NCBI GenBank assembly: GCA_963743755.1
Contig: CAVUQU010000003.1
Location: forward strand, 382,408 to 446,407
Length of the DNA stretch: 64,000 bases
Direction: 5' to 3'
From: an uncultured bacterium
GTDB taxonomy: Bacteria; Acidobacteriota; Aminicenantia; Aminicenantales; Saccharicenantaceae
Shown: one piece after another, positions 12,361 to 22,711 of the stretch
Position numbering within the stretch: position 1 is the stretch's first letter
Layout: every line of letters begins with the position of its first letter
Program-made: the position numbers and the translations under genes
Notes under the pieces: model-generated
Seen by the model: the letters and a program-made list of their open reading frames with translations, nothing else
What the model was told of the DNA's origin: nothing
The model's database searches: none

Positions 12361-14811
12361 ATGCGTACGAAAACCGGATTCGCCGAGCTCGCCCCGGAAA
12401 AGCTGCGCTGGACCTGCCCGCCCGACCTCATCCCCGTCGCCACGAGCTCCGAGGCCCGGCCCTGCGAGGAGATCATCGGCCAGGAGCGGGCCCTGCGGGC
12501 CATCCAGACCGGCCTCGACATCAAGAGCCTCGGCTACAACATCTTCATCACCGGCATGGTCGGCACCGGCCGGACGACGACGATCAAGCAGCTGCTCGAA
12601 CGGCTGGAGAAGGGCGACCGGACGCCCGACGACATCCTCTACGTCAACAACTTCAAGTACCCGGACGAGCCCGTGCTCGTCGTGCTCCCGGCCGGCCAGG
12701 GCCAGGCGTTCGCCGAGGCCATGGCCAAGCTCATCGAGACCGGCTCAGGACGAACGATCCCCCACCTCCTCAAGAGCCCCTATTACACGGAAAAGCGGGA
12801 CGCGATCGTCGAGGCGCCAGCAGAAGAAGCAGCGGGACATCCTGCAGCGCTTCGAGGAGGAGGTCGGCCGCAGCAGGGATTCACGGTCATCCAGGTCCAG
12901 ATGGGCATGTTCAGCCGGCCCGACCTCATCCCCGTCCTCGAGGGCACGCCCATCCCCTTCGCCAAGCTCGACGGCCTGGTCAAGGAGAAGAAGTTCCCCA
13001 AGGAAGCGTTCGACGCCCTCCGGTCCAAGTACGAGGAGCTGTCGGCCAAGCTGGAGGACATCTTCGAAAGCCTCAAGGAGATCGACGAGCAGACCCGGAC
13101 CCTTCTCCGCGACTGGGACGAGGAGGCGATCGCGCCGGTCATCCGGGACGGCATCGAGGCCCTCCGGACCTGCTTCGCCTTCCCCAAGATCGGCGCCTAC
13201 CTCGACGAGGTCGAGAAGGCCCTGATCAAGACCATCGACGCCTTCAAGAACCAGAAGAAGGAGGAGAAGGAGCAGGCCGAGGACTTCCTGGAGTACCGGG
13301 TCAACCTCCTCGTCGACAACTCGGACCAGCACGGCGCGCCCGTGGTCATGGAGACCAATCCGAGCTACGTCAACCTGTTCGGCTCCATCGAGTCGACCTA
13401 CTCCCGCGCCGGCATGGGCCAGACCGACTTCACCATGATCAAGGCCGGCTCCTTCCTCAAGGCCAACGGCGGCTACCTCGTCATCAACGCCCTCGACGCC
13501 CTGGTCGAGCCCGGCGTCTGGACGACCCTCAAACGGACCCTGCGCAACCAGATCTTCGAGATCCAGAACTACCTCCAGATGTATCTCTTCTCGAACGCCC
13601 GGCTCAAGCCGGAGCCGATCAAGTGCGACGTCAAGGTGGTCATGATCGGCGACGGCTCGATCTACAACTCCTCTACGCCGCGGACGAGGACTTCAAGAAG
13701 ATCTTCAAGATCAAGGCCGAGTTCGACTCGGAGATGGACAAGAGCGAGAAGGCCGTCGGCGACTACGTCCGCTTCGTCAGGAAGATCTGCGACGAGGACC
13801 ATCTCCTGCCCCTCGACCGCAACGGCCTCGGCGCCCTCATCGAGTACGCGACCCGCATCGCCGGCCGGCAGAAGAAGCTGTCGACGCGTTTCCACGTCAT
13901 CGCCGACGTCGTCCGGGAATCGAGCTACTGGGCCGCCCGGAGCAAGAAGGCGGCGGTCGGGCGCGACGACATCGAGAAGGCCGTCCGGGAGCGCTGCGCG
14001 CGGGTCAACCTGATCGAGGACAAGATCCAGGAGATGATCGACGAGGGCTCCATCCTCATCGACACGGCGGGCGCGGTCGTCGGCCAGGTCAACGGCCTGT
14101 CCGTCTACGACATGGGCCAGTTCATGTTCGGCAAGCCCGCCCGCATCACCGCCCGGACGTCCATGGGCCGGGCCGGCGTCATCAACATCGAGCGCGAGGC
14201 CGACCTGAGCGGACCGACCCACAACAAGGGCGTCCTCATCCTCGGGCGGCTACCTCCGCGGAAAATACGCCCCGAAGCGGCCGATGTCGCTGACCGCCTC
14301 GCTCGCCTTCGAGCAGTCCTACGGCGGCGTCGACGGGGACAGCGCCTCGTCGACCGAGGTCTACGCCCTCCTCTCGAGCCTGTCCGGCCTGCCCATCCGC
14401 CAGGACCTGGCCGTGACGGGGTCGCTCAACCAGAATGGCGAGATCCAGCCCATCGGCGGGGTCAACGAGAAGATCGAGGGCTTTTTCGAGGTCTGCAAGG
14501 CCCGGGGCCTGACGGGGACGCAGGGCGTGCTCATCCCCCACCAGAACGTCCAGAACCTGATGCTCAAGTCCGAGGTCGTCGCCGCGGTCAAGGAGGGGAA
14601 GTTCCACATCTACCCGGTCCGGACGATCGACGAGGGCATCGAGATCCTGACGGGCGTCGAGGCCGGTGTCGCCAACGCTAAAGGCGTCTATCCGGAGGGC
14701 ACCGTCCACGGGCTCGTCGACAGGGAATTGCTGCGGCTGGCCAAAGGCCTCAAGTCGTTCGCGGACGCGGGCGAGAAGGGCGAGGACGGGACGAAGAAGA
14801 AGGCGCAGTAG
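12361..14811 (+). CDS. Lon-like S16 protease (LonC-type, degenerate AAA module), several frameshifts
   Basis: IIGQERA, GYNIFITGMVGTGRTT, GQVNGLSV; catalytic GVDGDSASS and GGVNEKIEGF; pieces spread over three frames. Confidence 0.88.
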
Positions 14812-14819
14812 CCGGCGGT

Positions 14820-15563
14820 CGGTCGCCGGACTCCAGGCCGACGAGCTTCTTCAGGCGGCGGACCTCCGCGGTGTGGAGGAAGCGCCATTGGCCGCGCCGG
14901 AGCCCCTCGAGCGTCAGGCCGGCGAAACTCGATCCGGGTCAGGTCCGCGACCGGATAGCCGACGGCCTCGAAGAGCTTGCGGATCTCCCGCTTGCGTCCC
15001 TCGTGGATCTCCACTTTCAGGGTCGCGTGGCGATGGCTCCGCCGCACGACCTGGACCCTGGCCGGCGCGGTTTTCCGGCCCTCGAGGAAGAGGCCCCGCC
15101 GGACCTTGTCGAGGTCGGCGTCCGAGGGGTCGCCTTCGACGCGGGCCTCGTAGACCTTGGCGACGCCGTACCGGGGATGGGTCAGACGCAGGGCCAGCTC
15201 CCCGTCGTTCGTGAGCAGCAGGGCGCCTTCGGTTTCGAGGTCGAGCCGCCCGACCGGGTAGACCCGGGCCGTCACGTGGGTCAGGAGCTCCATGACCGTC
15301 GGCCGCCCGAACGGATCCTTGACGCTGACGACGCGGCCGGCCGGCTTGTTGAGCAGGATGTAGACCGGACGCTCCTCCTCGACCTTGACCGGACTGCCGT
15401 TGGCGACGACCCTGTCGCGGGCCGGATCGATCTTCTCCCCCAGCTCCATGACGGCTTTGCCGTTGACGCTGACCCGGCCCTCGGCGATCCAGCGGTCCGC
15501 CTCGCGCCGTGAGCACACCCCGGCGTGCGCCAGGAATTTATTGAGCCTCATCGGGGTCGACAT
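14820..15563 (-). CDS. rluB: rRNA pseudouridine synthase (RluB/RsuA family); C-terminal frameshift, 3' end approximate
   Basis: S4 domain MRLNKFLAHAGVCSRREAD; YPVGRLD catalytic motif; HEGRKREIR. Confidence 0.9.
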
Positions 15564-15571
15564 GCTGACTG

Positions 15572-15600
15572 ATTATCCGGCGCGGTCGTCCTTAAGTCAA
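15572..15600 (-). promoter_or_regulatory. Putative sigma70 promoter for rluB (nearly leaderless); -35 supplied by the end of the repeat element
   Basis: TTGACT-N17-GATAAT, then 8 nt to the ATG at 15563; no Shine-Dalgarno. Confidence 0.55.
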
Positions 15601-15779
15601 GGCGATCATCCCAAGAACGGGTGGCGGGGGGCTAGTCCCCGTCCGTCTGGAGGCGGAAGGGGCCCCGGGCTTTGGTCGGGGGCCCTTGGTCCCCGACCAA
15701 AGGCCCGGGGGGATGGGTGGAGCCGAAGCCGGATGGGGACGCCACCCGACAGGACCCGTTCGGGGATGATCGCCTTGAC
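15596..15779. repeat. 184-bp rod-like palindromic intergenic element, copy A
   Basis: Perfect 17-bp terminal inverted repeat GTCAAGGCGATCATCCC/GGGATGATCGCCTTGAC plus nested stems; homologous to the reverse complement of 18334-18506. Confidence 0.9.
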
Positions 15780-15850
15780 CGAAGAAGAGAAATAAGTTGA
15801 ACGGAGATTCAGGGGATTCGTATATATAGGGTAGAATATAAGGAAGACCC

Positions 15851-17089
15851 ATGGCCAAACTGCAGTTCAAAGAATCGTTCACCATGGCCTTGGTCTCCCT
15901 CCGTTCGAACAAGCTCCGCACCTTCCTGACCCTGCTCGGCATCATCATCGGCGTCCTGACCATCATCGCCGTCGTCTCCGTCATCCAGGGCCTCAACAAC
16001 TACGTCTACACCAAGATGTCGTTCTTCGGGGCCAACGATTTCTCGGTCCAGAAGTTCTCGATGATCGGCACATCCCTCAAGGATTTCCGCGAGCAGATGA
16101 AGCGCAAGGACCTGACCATGGTCGAACGCGATCTCATCCGGGCCAACTGTCCCTCTTGCGAGCTCGTCGGGGCCAGCGCCTCGACCAGCCAGACGGTCAA
16201 GTACGGCAGCCAGTCGCTCAAGGAGACGGATGTCCGCGGCGTGACCCACATCGACCACGAGATCGGATCCGTCGTCGAGCTGACGACAGGGCGCCACCTC
16301 CAGAGCCAGGACGAGTCGAACGCCCGCGCCGTCGGCGTCATCGGCTCCGACGTCGCCGAGAAGGTCTTCGGCGGGCTCGATCCGCTCGGCCGCTGGCTCA
16401 AGGTCGGCAGCCGGAACTTCCAGATCATCGGGGTCGCCAAGGCCAAGGGCAAGATCCTCGGCTTCAGCCAGGACAATTTCATCCGCATCCCCATCACGAC
16501 GTTCAACAAGGTCTACGGCTCGCGGCGCTCCATCAGCATCAACATCCACACCGGCTCCCAGGAGCAGATGGCCCAGGCCCAGGAGGAGGTCCGGACGGTC
16601 CTCCGATCCTGGCGGAAGCGCTCCTATGACGACCCGGACGACTTCTCGTTCGCCACCTCGGAGACGTTCATCCAGTTCTACAAGACGGCCACCTCCGGCA
16701 TCTACTTCGCCATGCTCGGCCGTCTCCTCGATCGCCCTCATCGTCGGCGGCATCGTCATCATGAACATCATGTTCGTCTCGGTCTCCGAGCGGACGCAAG
16801 GAGATCGGTATCCGCATGGCCGTCGGGGCCCGGCGCCGCGACATCCTCTTCCAGTTCCTGATCGAATCCGCGGTCATCTCCGGCCTGGGCGGGTTCATCG
16901 GCATCGTCCTCGGGCTTCATCGTCGCCCGGATCATCTCCGCGGCGACGTCCATGCCCTCGAGCGTCGAGCCCGTCTCGGTCGTTCTGGCCATGGTCATGT
17001 CCTGGTCGATCGGCCTGTTCTTCGGCATCTATCCGGCCAACCGGGCGGCCAAGCTCGATCCGGTCGAGGCCCTGCGGGCGGAGCTATGA
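15851..17089 (+). CDS. MacB/FtsX-family ABC transporter permease (frameshifted)
   Basis: [16 protein letters not shown]..., [20 protein letters not shown]-terminal [15 protein letters not shown] reassembled across frames. Confidence 0.88.
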
Positions 17090-18332
17090 GAATCCAGATC
17101 TTCCGCGAAGTCTTCCGGATGGCCTTCGATTCGATCCGGTCCCACAAGCTCCGGTCGTTCCTGACCATCCTGGGCATCGTCATCGGGGTCATGACCGTCA
17201 TCGGCATGGTCTCGATCATCCAGGGACTCAACAAGAGCTTTCTCTCCGAAGCTGCAGGCGGCCGGCTCCGACGTCATCATGATCAGAAAGAACGAGGCCG
17301 TCCAGATGGGGCGGATGTCCGAGGACGAGCGGACGCGCAAGGACCTGACTTTCGAGGACGTCAAGGCCATCGAGGCCGGCGCGCCGCTGGCGAAAGCGGT
17401 GGCCGTCAGCATCTACGTCAGCGTTCTTCGAGCAGACCGAGGTCAAATACCAGAGCGCCAAGAGCGACACCGCCATGGTCATCGGGATGAACGAGAGCTG
17501 GCCCACGGTCATGTCGCTCTACCTGCCCCGGCTGGGCCGGTTCATCACCGGATCGGAGGTAGACCGCTCGGCCCGGGTCTGCGTCCTCGGCTCCGAGCTG
17601 GCCGACACCCTCTTCCCGACCACGAACCCCGTTGGCAAGGAGATCCGTGTCGGCCCCGAGGCTTTCACGGTCGTCGGCGTCCTGGCCAAGCGCGGCCAGA
17701 TGTTCGGCCAGAGCCGGGACAATTTCGTCGGTCTGCCCATCACCACGCTGATGAAGTACTTCCCCTACGAGAAGGACGGCCTGGAGATCATCACCGCCCC
17801 CCGGGCTCAGGACACGCTCGGCGAGACGATCGAACAGATCCGGAACGTCCTCCGCCAGAGGCGCAAGGTCCCCTACGGCAAGCCCGATGATTTCTCCGTC
17901 ATGACCCAGGACTCCATGGTCGACCTCTACAACCAGCTGACCGGCGCGGCCTATCTGGTCATGATCGTCATCTCCTCGATCGGCCTGCTCGTCGGCGGCA
18001 TCGGGGTCATGAACATCATGCTCGTCTCGGTCAAGGAACGGACGCGGGAGATCGGCATCCGCAAGGCCATCGGGGCCCGGTCGGGCGACATCCTGAAGCA
18101 GTTCCTCATCGAGGCCGTCTTCCTGACCGGTGTCGGCGGCCTCCTCGGCGTCCTGGTCGGCTTCGGCATCGCCCTCATCGTCAAAGCCGCGACGCCGCTG
18201 CCGGCGACCGTCTCCCCCTGGTCCGTCGTCCTGGGACTCTCGGTCTCGGCCGCGATCGGCCTTTTCTTCGGCATCTTCCCGGCCCAGAAGGCCGCGCACA
18301 TGGATCCGATCGAATCCCTCCGCTACGAATAG
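17086..18332 (+). CDS. MacB/FtsX-family ABC transporter permease, second paralogue (frameshifted)
   Basis: [16 protein letters not shown]; [30 protein letters not shown]; DPIESLRYE; ATGA overlap with the previous gene. Confidence 0.9.
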
Positions 18333-18333
18333 A

Positions 18334-18506
18334 GCGCTTATCTCTTCGAACGGGTCCTGTCGGGTGGCGTCCCCGTTCGGCTTCGGCTCCACCCATCCCC
18401 CCAGGCCTTTGGATGGGACTAGTAATCCCGTTCAAAGGCCCGGGGCCCCTTCCGCCTCCAGGCGAACGGGGACTATCCCCCCGCCACCCGTTCTTGTGAT
18501 AAGCGC
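18334..18506. repeat. 173-bp rod-like palindromic element, copy B (inverted relative to copy A)
   Basis: Reverse complement aligns with 15596-15779; own terminal stem GCGCTTATC/GATAAGCGC. Confidence 0.9.
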
Positions 18507-18604
18507 CTTTGCAGCTGAAGTTTTTTTCGAGATTTTTCCCAGACGCGCCGCTCCGAGCCGCTCCGCAGCGCATATGGTCCTCCGCTTCGCTCCGGGTAGA
18601 CCCT

Positions 18605-18632
18605 CCCGATAGGACCCGTTCGGGGATGATCG
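18605..18632 (+). repeat. Partial copy of the 3' end of element A
   Basis: CCCGATAGGACCCGTTCGGGGATGATCG matches 15745-15772 with one mismatch. Confidence 0.8.
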
Positions 18633-18668
18633 TCCAGTCCTCCCGGAATGCGTTCCTGGCTTTGTTCT

Positions 18669-19581
18669 TCAATCGAGGAACGACTCGATCTCCGCGCGGT
18701 TGGGAGCTGAGGGCTGGGCGCCGAGACGGGTGACCGAGATCGCGGCGGCGGCTTGGGCGAAGCGGAGGGCGTCAGGGAGGGTGACGCTTCTCGGCGAGGG
18801 CCACGGCCAGGGCACCGTTGAAGACGTCGCCGGCCGCCGTCGTGTCCACGGGTTCCACCTTGAAAGCGGGGACGAGCCCTTCGGATCCCTCCGACGAGGC
18901 ATAGACGCCGCGCTCTCCGAGGGTGATGACGACCGTCCGCGGACCTCGGGCCCGGATCCGGGCGGCCGCCTCGCGCATGTCGTGCTCGCTCTCGACCTCC
19001 ATCCCCGCCAGCATCGCCGCTTCGTGCTCGTTGGGTGTCAGCACGGAGACGCCTCGAAGCAAACCGTCGTCGAGGGCTCGGGCCGGGGCCGGGTTGAGGA
19101 TGACCGGGATGCCCCTCTCCTTCGCCGCGCGGATCGCGGCTTCGACGGTTTCGAGCGGCGATTCGAGCTGGAGGAGGACGATGTCGGCCGCGGCGAAAGC
19201 GTCGCCCGCGGCCTCGACGTCCGCGACGGACAGGAGCGCGTTGGCGCCCGAGGCGACGGAGATGCTGTTCTCGCCCCGCTCGTCCACGGTGATCAGGGCG
19301 ATGCCCGAGGCCGCGCCCGGCGTGGCGAGGACGGACCGCGCGTCGATCCCGTCGCGGCCGAAGCCCTCCAGTGCCTGCCGGCCGAAGAGGTCGTCGCCGA
19401 CGCGGGCGACGAACGTCACCCGCCCGCCGGCCCGGGCCGCGGCCACGGCCTGGTTCGCCCCCTTGCCGCCCGCCGCCATGGAGAAGGCGCCGCCCAGGAT
19501 CGTCTCGCCCGGCTTGGGTATGTGCGGCACGCGGATGATCATGTCCGTGTTGGAGCTGCCGACGACCAGGACGTTCTTCAT
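18669..19581 (-). CDS. rbsK: Ribokinase (PfkB family); frameshift near C-terminus
   Basis: VVGSSNTDM, GGKGANQAVAAAR, NPAPA, DTTAAGDVFNGAL; tail AAISVTRLGAQPSAP in the adjacent frame. Confidence 0.92.
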
Positions 19582-19590
19582 CGTCCCCTC

Positions 19591-20797
19591 TCAGGCTGCC
19601 GGTTTTTCGGCGTTCGCCCGGAGCCAGGCGACGGCCGCGTCGACGGCTTCGCGGAGTCGCGCCTTCTCGGCCGTGACCAACTCGACGAGGGACGGCCCTC
19701 CCCCGCCCTTGACGGGGAGTACGGCGCCGACGATCGCCGCGAGCTGCCTCAGATCGGTCTTCAGGGACTCCGACCGGGCGACGATGAGGTGGCCCTGGCT
19801 TTCGGAGGCGGCCCCGTAAACGACGTAGAACTCGCCGTTCCTGATGATGTTGAGGGCCAGGAAGCGGGTTTCCTCGGGGGTTTTGTCTCCGAGGAGGCCG
19901 GAGACGAAGCGATCCGTCGCCGTGCGGACGATCTCGGCCGCTTCGAAGGCGGCCAGCCGCTCCTCGAGGTGGCGGGTCCGCTTTTTCAGGGCCTTGTGTT
20001 CGACGGCGAGCCGCTCGACCTGTCCGGCGACGTCGCCCGGCGCGCACGAGAAGGCGCCGGCCAGCCGGCGGACGGTCCGGTCCTTGTCGCGATGGTCGCG
20101 GAGGGCCCGGCCGCCGCAGAGGAACTCGAAGCGAAGGTTGCCCCGGATCTTCTCGATCCCGAGGATCTTGATCGCTCCGATCTCGCTCGTCTTCCGGACG
20201 TGCGTCCCGCCGCAGGCCGAGTAGTCGAAGCCGTCGACCTCGACGACCCGCAGGAGGCCGTGCTTCTTGGGCGGGCGCCGCAGCGGGACCTCGCCGATCC
20301 TCTCCTCGGGCACGAAGTAGGTCTTGACCTCGCGGTCCTCGCGGACGATGGCGTTGGCCCGGTCCTCGACCCGGTCGATAGTCGGCGTCTGAGAGGGCCT
20401 TCAGACCGATCTCGAGGGTCGACACGCCGGGCCCCATGTGGAAGGACAGGGTCTCGCCCTTGAGGAGCTCCCAGAAGGCCTGGGACAGGACGTGCTGGCC
20501 CGTGTGCTGCTGCATGTGGTCGAGCCGCGTCGCCCGGTCGACCGAGCCGTGGACGCGGCCTTCGGGAACGGCGCCCTCGACGACGTGGAGGATCGTCCCG
20601 TCGAGATCGAGGACCGCGGTGACCTCGGCCCCGCCGAGCGTGCCCTTGTCCCAGGGCTGTCCGCCCGACTCGGGATAGAAGGCGGTCCGGTCGAGCACGA
20701 CGGCGGGACGTCCCTCGTGTTCGCGCCGCTCGACGACCTCGGCCTCGAACTCGAGAAGAATGGCGTCGTCATAATAGAGTTTCATTGTCTCGGCCAT
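19591..20797 (-). CDS. Alanyl-tRNA editing protein (AlaX-L type with DHHA1 domain); frameshift near 20390
   Basis: LDRTAFYPESGGQPWDKG, HMQQHTGQHVLS (HxxxH), SACGGTHV (CxxxH), KGGGGP. Confidence 0.9.
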
Positions 20798-20811
20798 CGT
20801 GATTCTCCTCT

Positions 20812-22029
20812 TTAAAGGATGCGGAAGATCAAGAGTTCCAGGAGGGCGACCGTGAAGACCGCCGCGACCGGCCAGACCAGGATCCTGTAGACCCCCCGCA
20901 TCTCCGCCTTGAAGTATTCCGCCGTCAGGACCAGGCAGAGGTGGGCCGGCGAAAGCAGGATGCCGGCGAACCCGCTGACGAAGGCGAAGGTCAGCAGGAC
21001 CATGTCGGGATTCCCCGTCCCGACGATGGGCACGAGGAGCGGGAAGGCGATGGCCACATAGGCCTGGTTGACGCCGGTCAGCAGACCGACGAAGAACGGC
21101 GCCGCGAACAGGAGGATGTAGGCCGACGCCCCGTGCGGCGGGACGGCCCGGACGACCGCCTCGAGCGCCCCGGAGTCCTCGAGCACCTGCTTGAACACCA
21201 TCACGGCGACGGTGAGCCAGACGGTCCTCGGCGAGAAGCTCTTTGCCGCGACCGCCCAGCGTTTCCCGAGGTCCATCCGGGCCGTGACCTGGGTCAGAAC
21301 CGCCGCGACGGCCAGCGCGACGAGCATGTTCAGCCGGAAGACGAAGATGAGGACGATGGTCAGGACGATGGGCCAGATGCTCCAAACGACGAGTACCGCG
21401 TCCTTCCACGAGCCGTTCCCTTCCCGCTCCCGGGGCAGGCGGGGCAGCGTGCGGAAGAGGACGACGAGCCCGACCCCGATGGCGATCGCGCTGTAGGCCG
21501 CCTGGTACAGGCCGATCTTCCAGACCGGGACGCGGAAGATGGCCGAGGCCATGATGACGCTGAGGTAGAGGGGCCACCAGTATTCCCAGACGTGGCGGAA
21601 CCAATAGTTGTAGAAGGTCTTCCGGGCCGGCGGGACGCTCCAGCGGCGGGCCGCCTCGTCGACGATGGGCGCGCCCATCATGGCCCCGCCCATCATCGGC
21701 AGGAGGCCGATGAAGGCCGAGGGGATGGCCAGGATGAGGCGGTCATCCCGGACGAGGTTCTTCAGCGCATCGACCATGGACCGGAAGGCCCCGCTGGACT
21801 GCAGGAACTCGCCGAGATAGAGGACAAGGACCACGATCGCGGCGAGCTCGAGCGTCGGCCACGAGACGGCGCCGTCGATGACGCTCCGCCCGAACGCGGC
21901 CGGCCTCATCCCGAACAGGACGGCCACGAGACAGGAGTCGAGGAAGAGGATGAGGCCGAGGTCCCACTTGAGGCGGATGAGGACGAGCAGGAGCGCGAGA
22001 ATGAGCCCGATCTTGACGAGGACGATCAT
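20812..22029 (-). CDS. DUF401-like integral membrane protein (possible transporter)
   Basis: Multiple TM segments; GLLPMMGGA, YNYWFRHVWEYWWPLY, LLSPAHLCLVLT. Confidence 0.75.
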   Translation of the reverse strand: MIVLVKIGLILALLLVLIRLKWDLGLILFLDSCLVAVLFGMRPAAFGRSVIDGAVSWPTLELAAIVVLVLYLGEFLQSSGAFRSMVDALKNLVRDDRLILAIPSAFIGLLPMMGGAMMGAPIVDEAARRWSVPPARKTFYNYWFRHVWEYWWPLYLSVIMASAIFRVPVWKIGLYQAAYSAIAIGVGLVVLFRTLPRLPREREGNGSWKDAVLVVWSIWPIVLTIVLIFVFRLNMLVALAVAAVLTQVTARMDLGKRWAVAAKSFSPRTVWLTVAVMVFKQVLEDSGALEAVVRAVPPHGASAYILLFAAPFFVGLLTGVNQAYVAIAFPLLVPIVGTGNPDMVLLTFAFVSGFAGILLSPAHLCLVLTAEYFKAEMRGVYRILVWPVAAVFTVALLELLIFRIL

Positions 22030-22030
22030 C

Positions 22031-22711
22031 TCAGACGAGCCTGTCGACCCCGGCGGCGGCCAGGACCCGGACCGTCGTCTTGAAGTGGGTCTTGGCCACC
22101 TTGTCCAGCACGTCCGGCCCTTTCGCGCGCACGAGCCTGACCGCCGCCGCCTCGACCAGGTTCGAAGCGCCCTTGGGCAGCTCCATCCCGTAGTCCCTGG
22201 AGAGGTACCGGAGCCGGGTCAGGAACTCGGCCCGGGCCAGGATGGACGCCGCCGCGACCGCCGGGTCCTCCTCGGCGCGCGGCATCTGGACGAGCTCGAT
22301 CTCCCGGCCCTTCTGGAGCAGGGCGTTGCGGACGAACTTCTCGTCGCCGAACTGGTCCGTCACCGCTTTCCCGGCCGGGACGCGCTCGAGGACGTTCTCG
22401 ATGGCCCGGGCGTGCCCCCAGGCGAGCAGGCGGTTGAGGTTGCGGAGCTTGGCCCAGAGCTCGTTGTATTTTTCCGGGCCGACGGTGATCACGGAGTGGA
22501 AAGGGTAGCCCCGCTTGAGCGTCTCGGCGATCTCGAGACAGCGCGCGTCGGAGGTCCGCTTCGAATCCTTGACCCCGAGCGCGGCCAGGGCACCCTCCTG
22601 GCCCTCGGGCATGAAGAAGGCGGCGATGACGAGCGGGCCGAAGAAGTCGCCTTTGCCCGATTCGTCCGTGCCGATGCGGCCGGGCTCGGCCGCGAAAAGA
22701 CCTGCGGTCAC
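22031..22711 (-). CDS. rnhC: Ribonuclease HIII (catalytic domain only)
   Basis: IGTDESGKGDFFGPL, GVKDSK, DQF, AVAAASILAR, LPKGA, AKTHFKT; GTG start overlaps the upstream stop. Confidence 0.9.
   Translation of the reverse strand: MTAGLFAAEPGRIGTDESGKGDFFGPLVIAAFFMPEGQEGALAALGVKDSKRTSDARCLEIAETLKRGYPFHSVITVGPEKYNELWAKLRNLNRLLAWGHARAIENVLERVPAGKAVTDQFGDEKFVRNALLQKGREIELVQMPRAEEDPAVAAASILARAEFLTRLRYLSRDYGMELPKGASNLVEAAAVRLVRAKGPDVLDKVAKTHFKTTVRVLAAAGVDRLV

Noticed and set aside
15596-18506. Composite transposon carrying the two ABC permeases
   Set aside because: No transposase, no target-site duplication seen, the termini of the two copies differ, and the permeases have host-like codon usage; the flanking may simply reflect independent intergenic insertions
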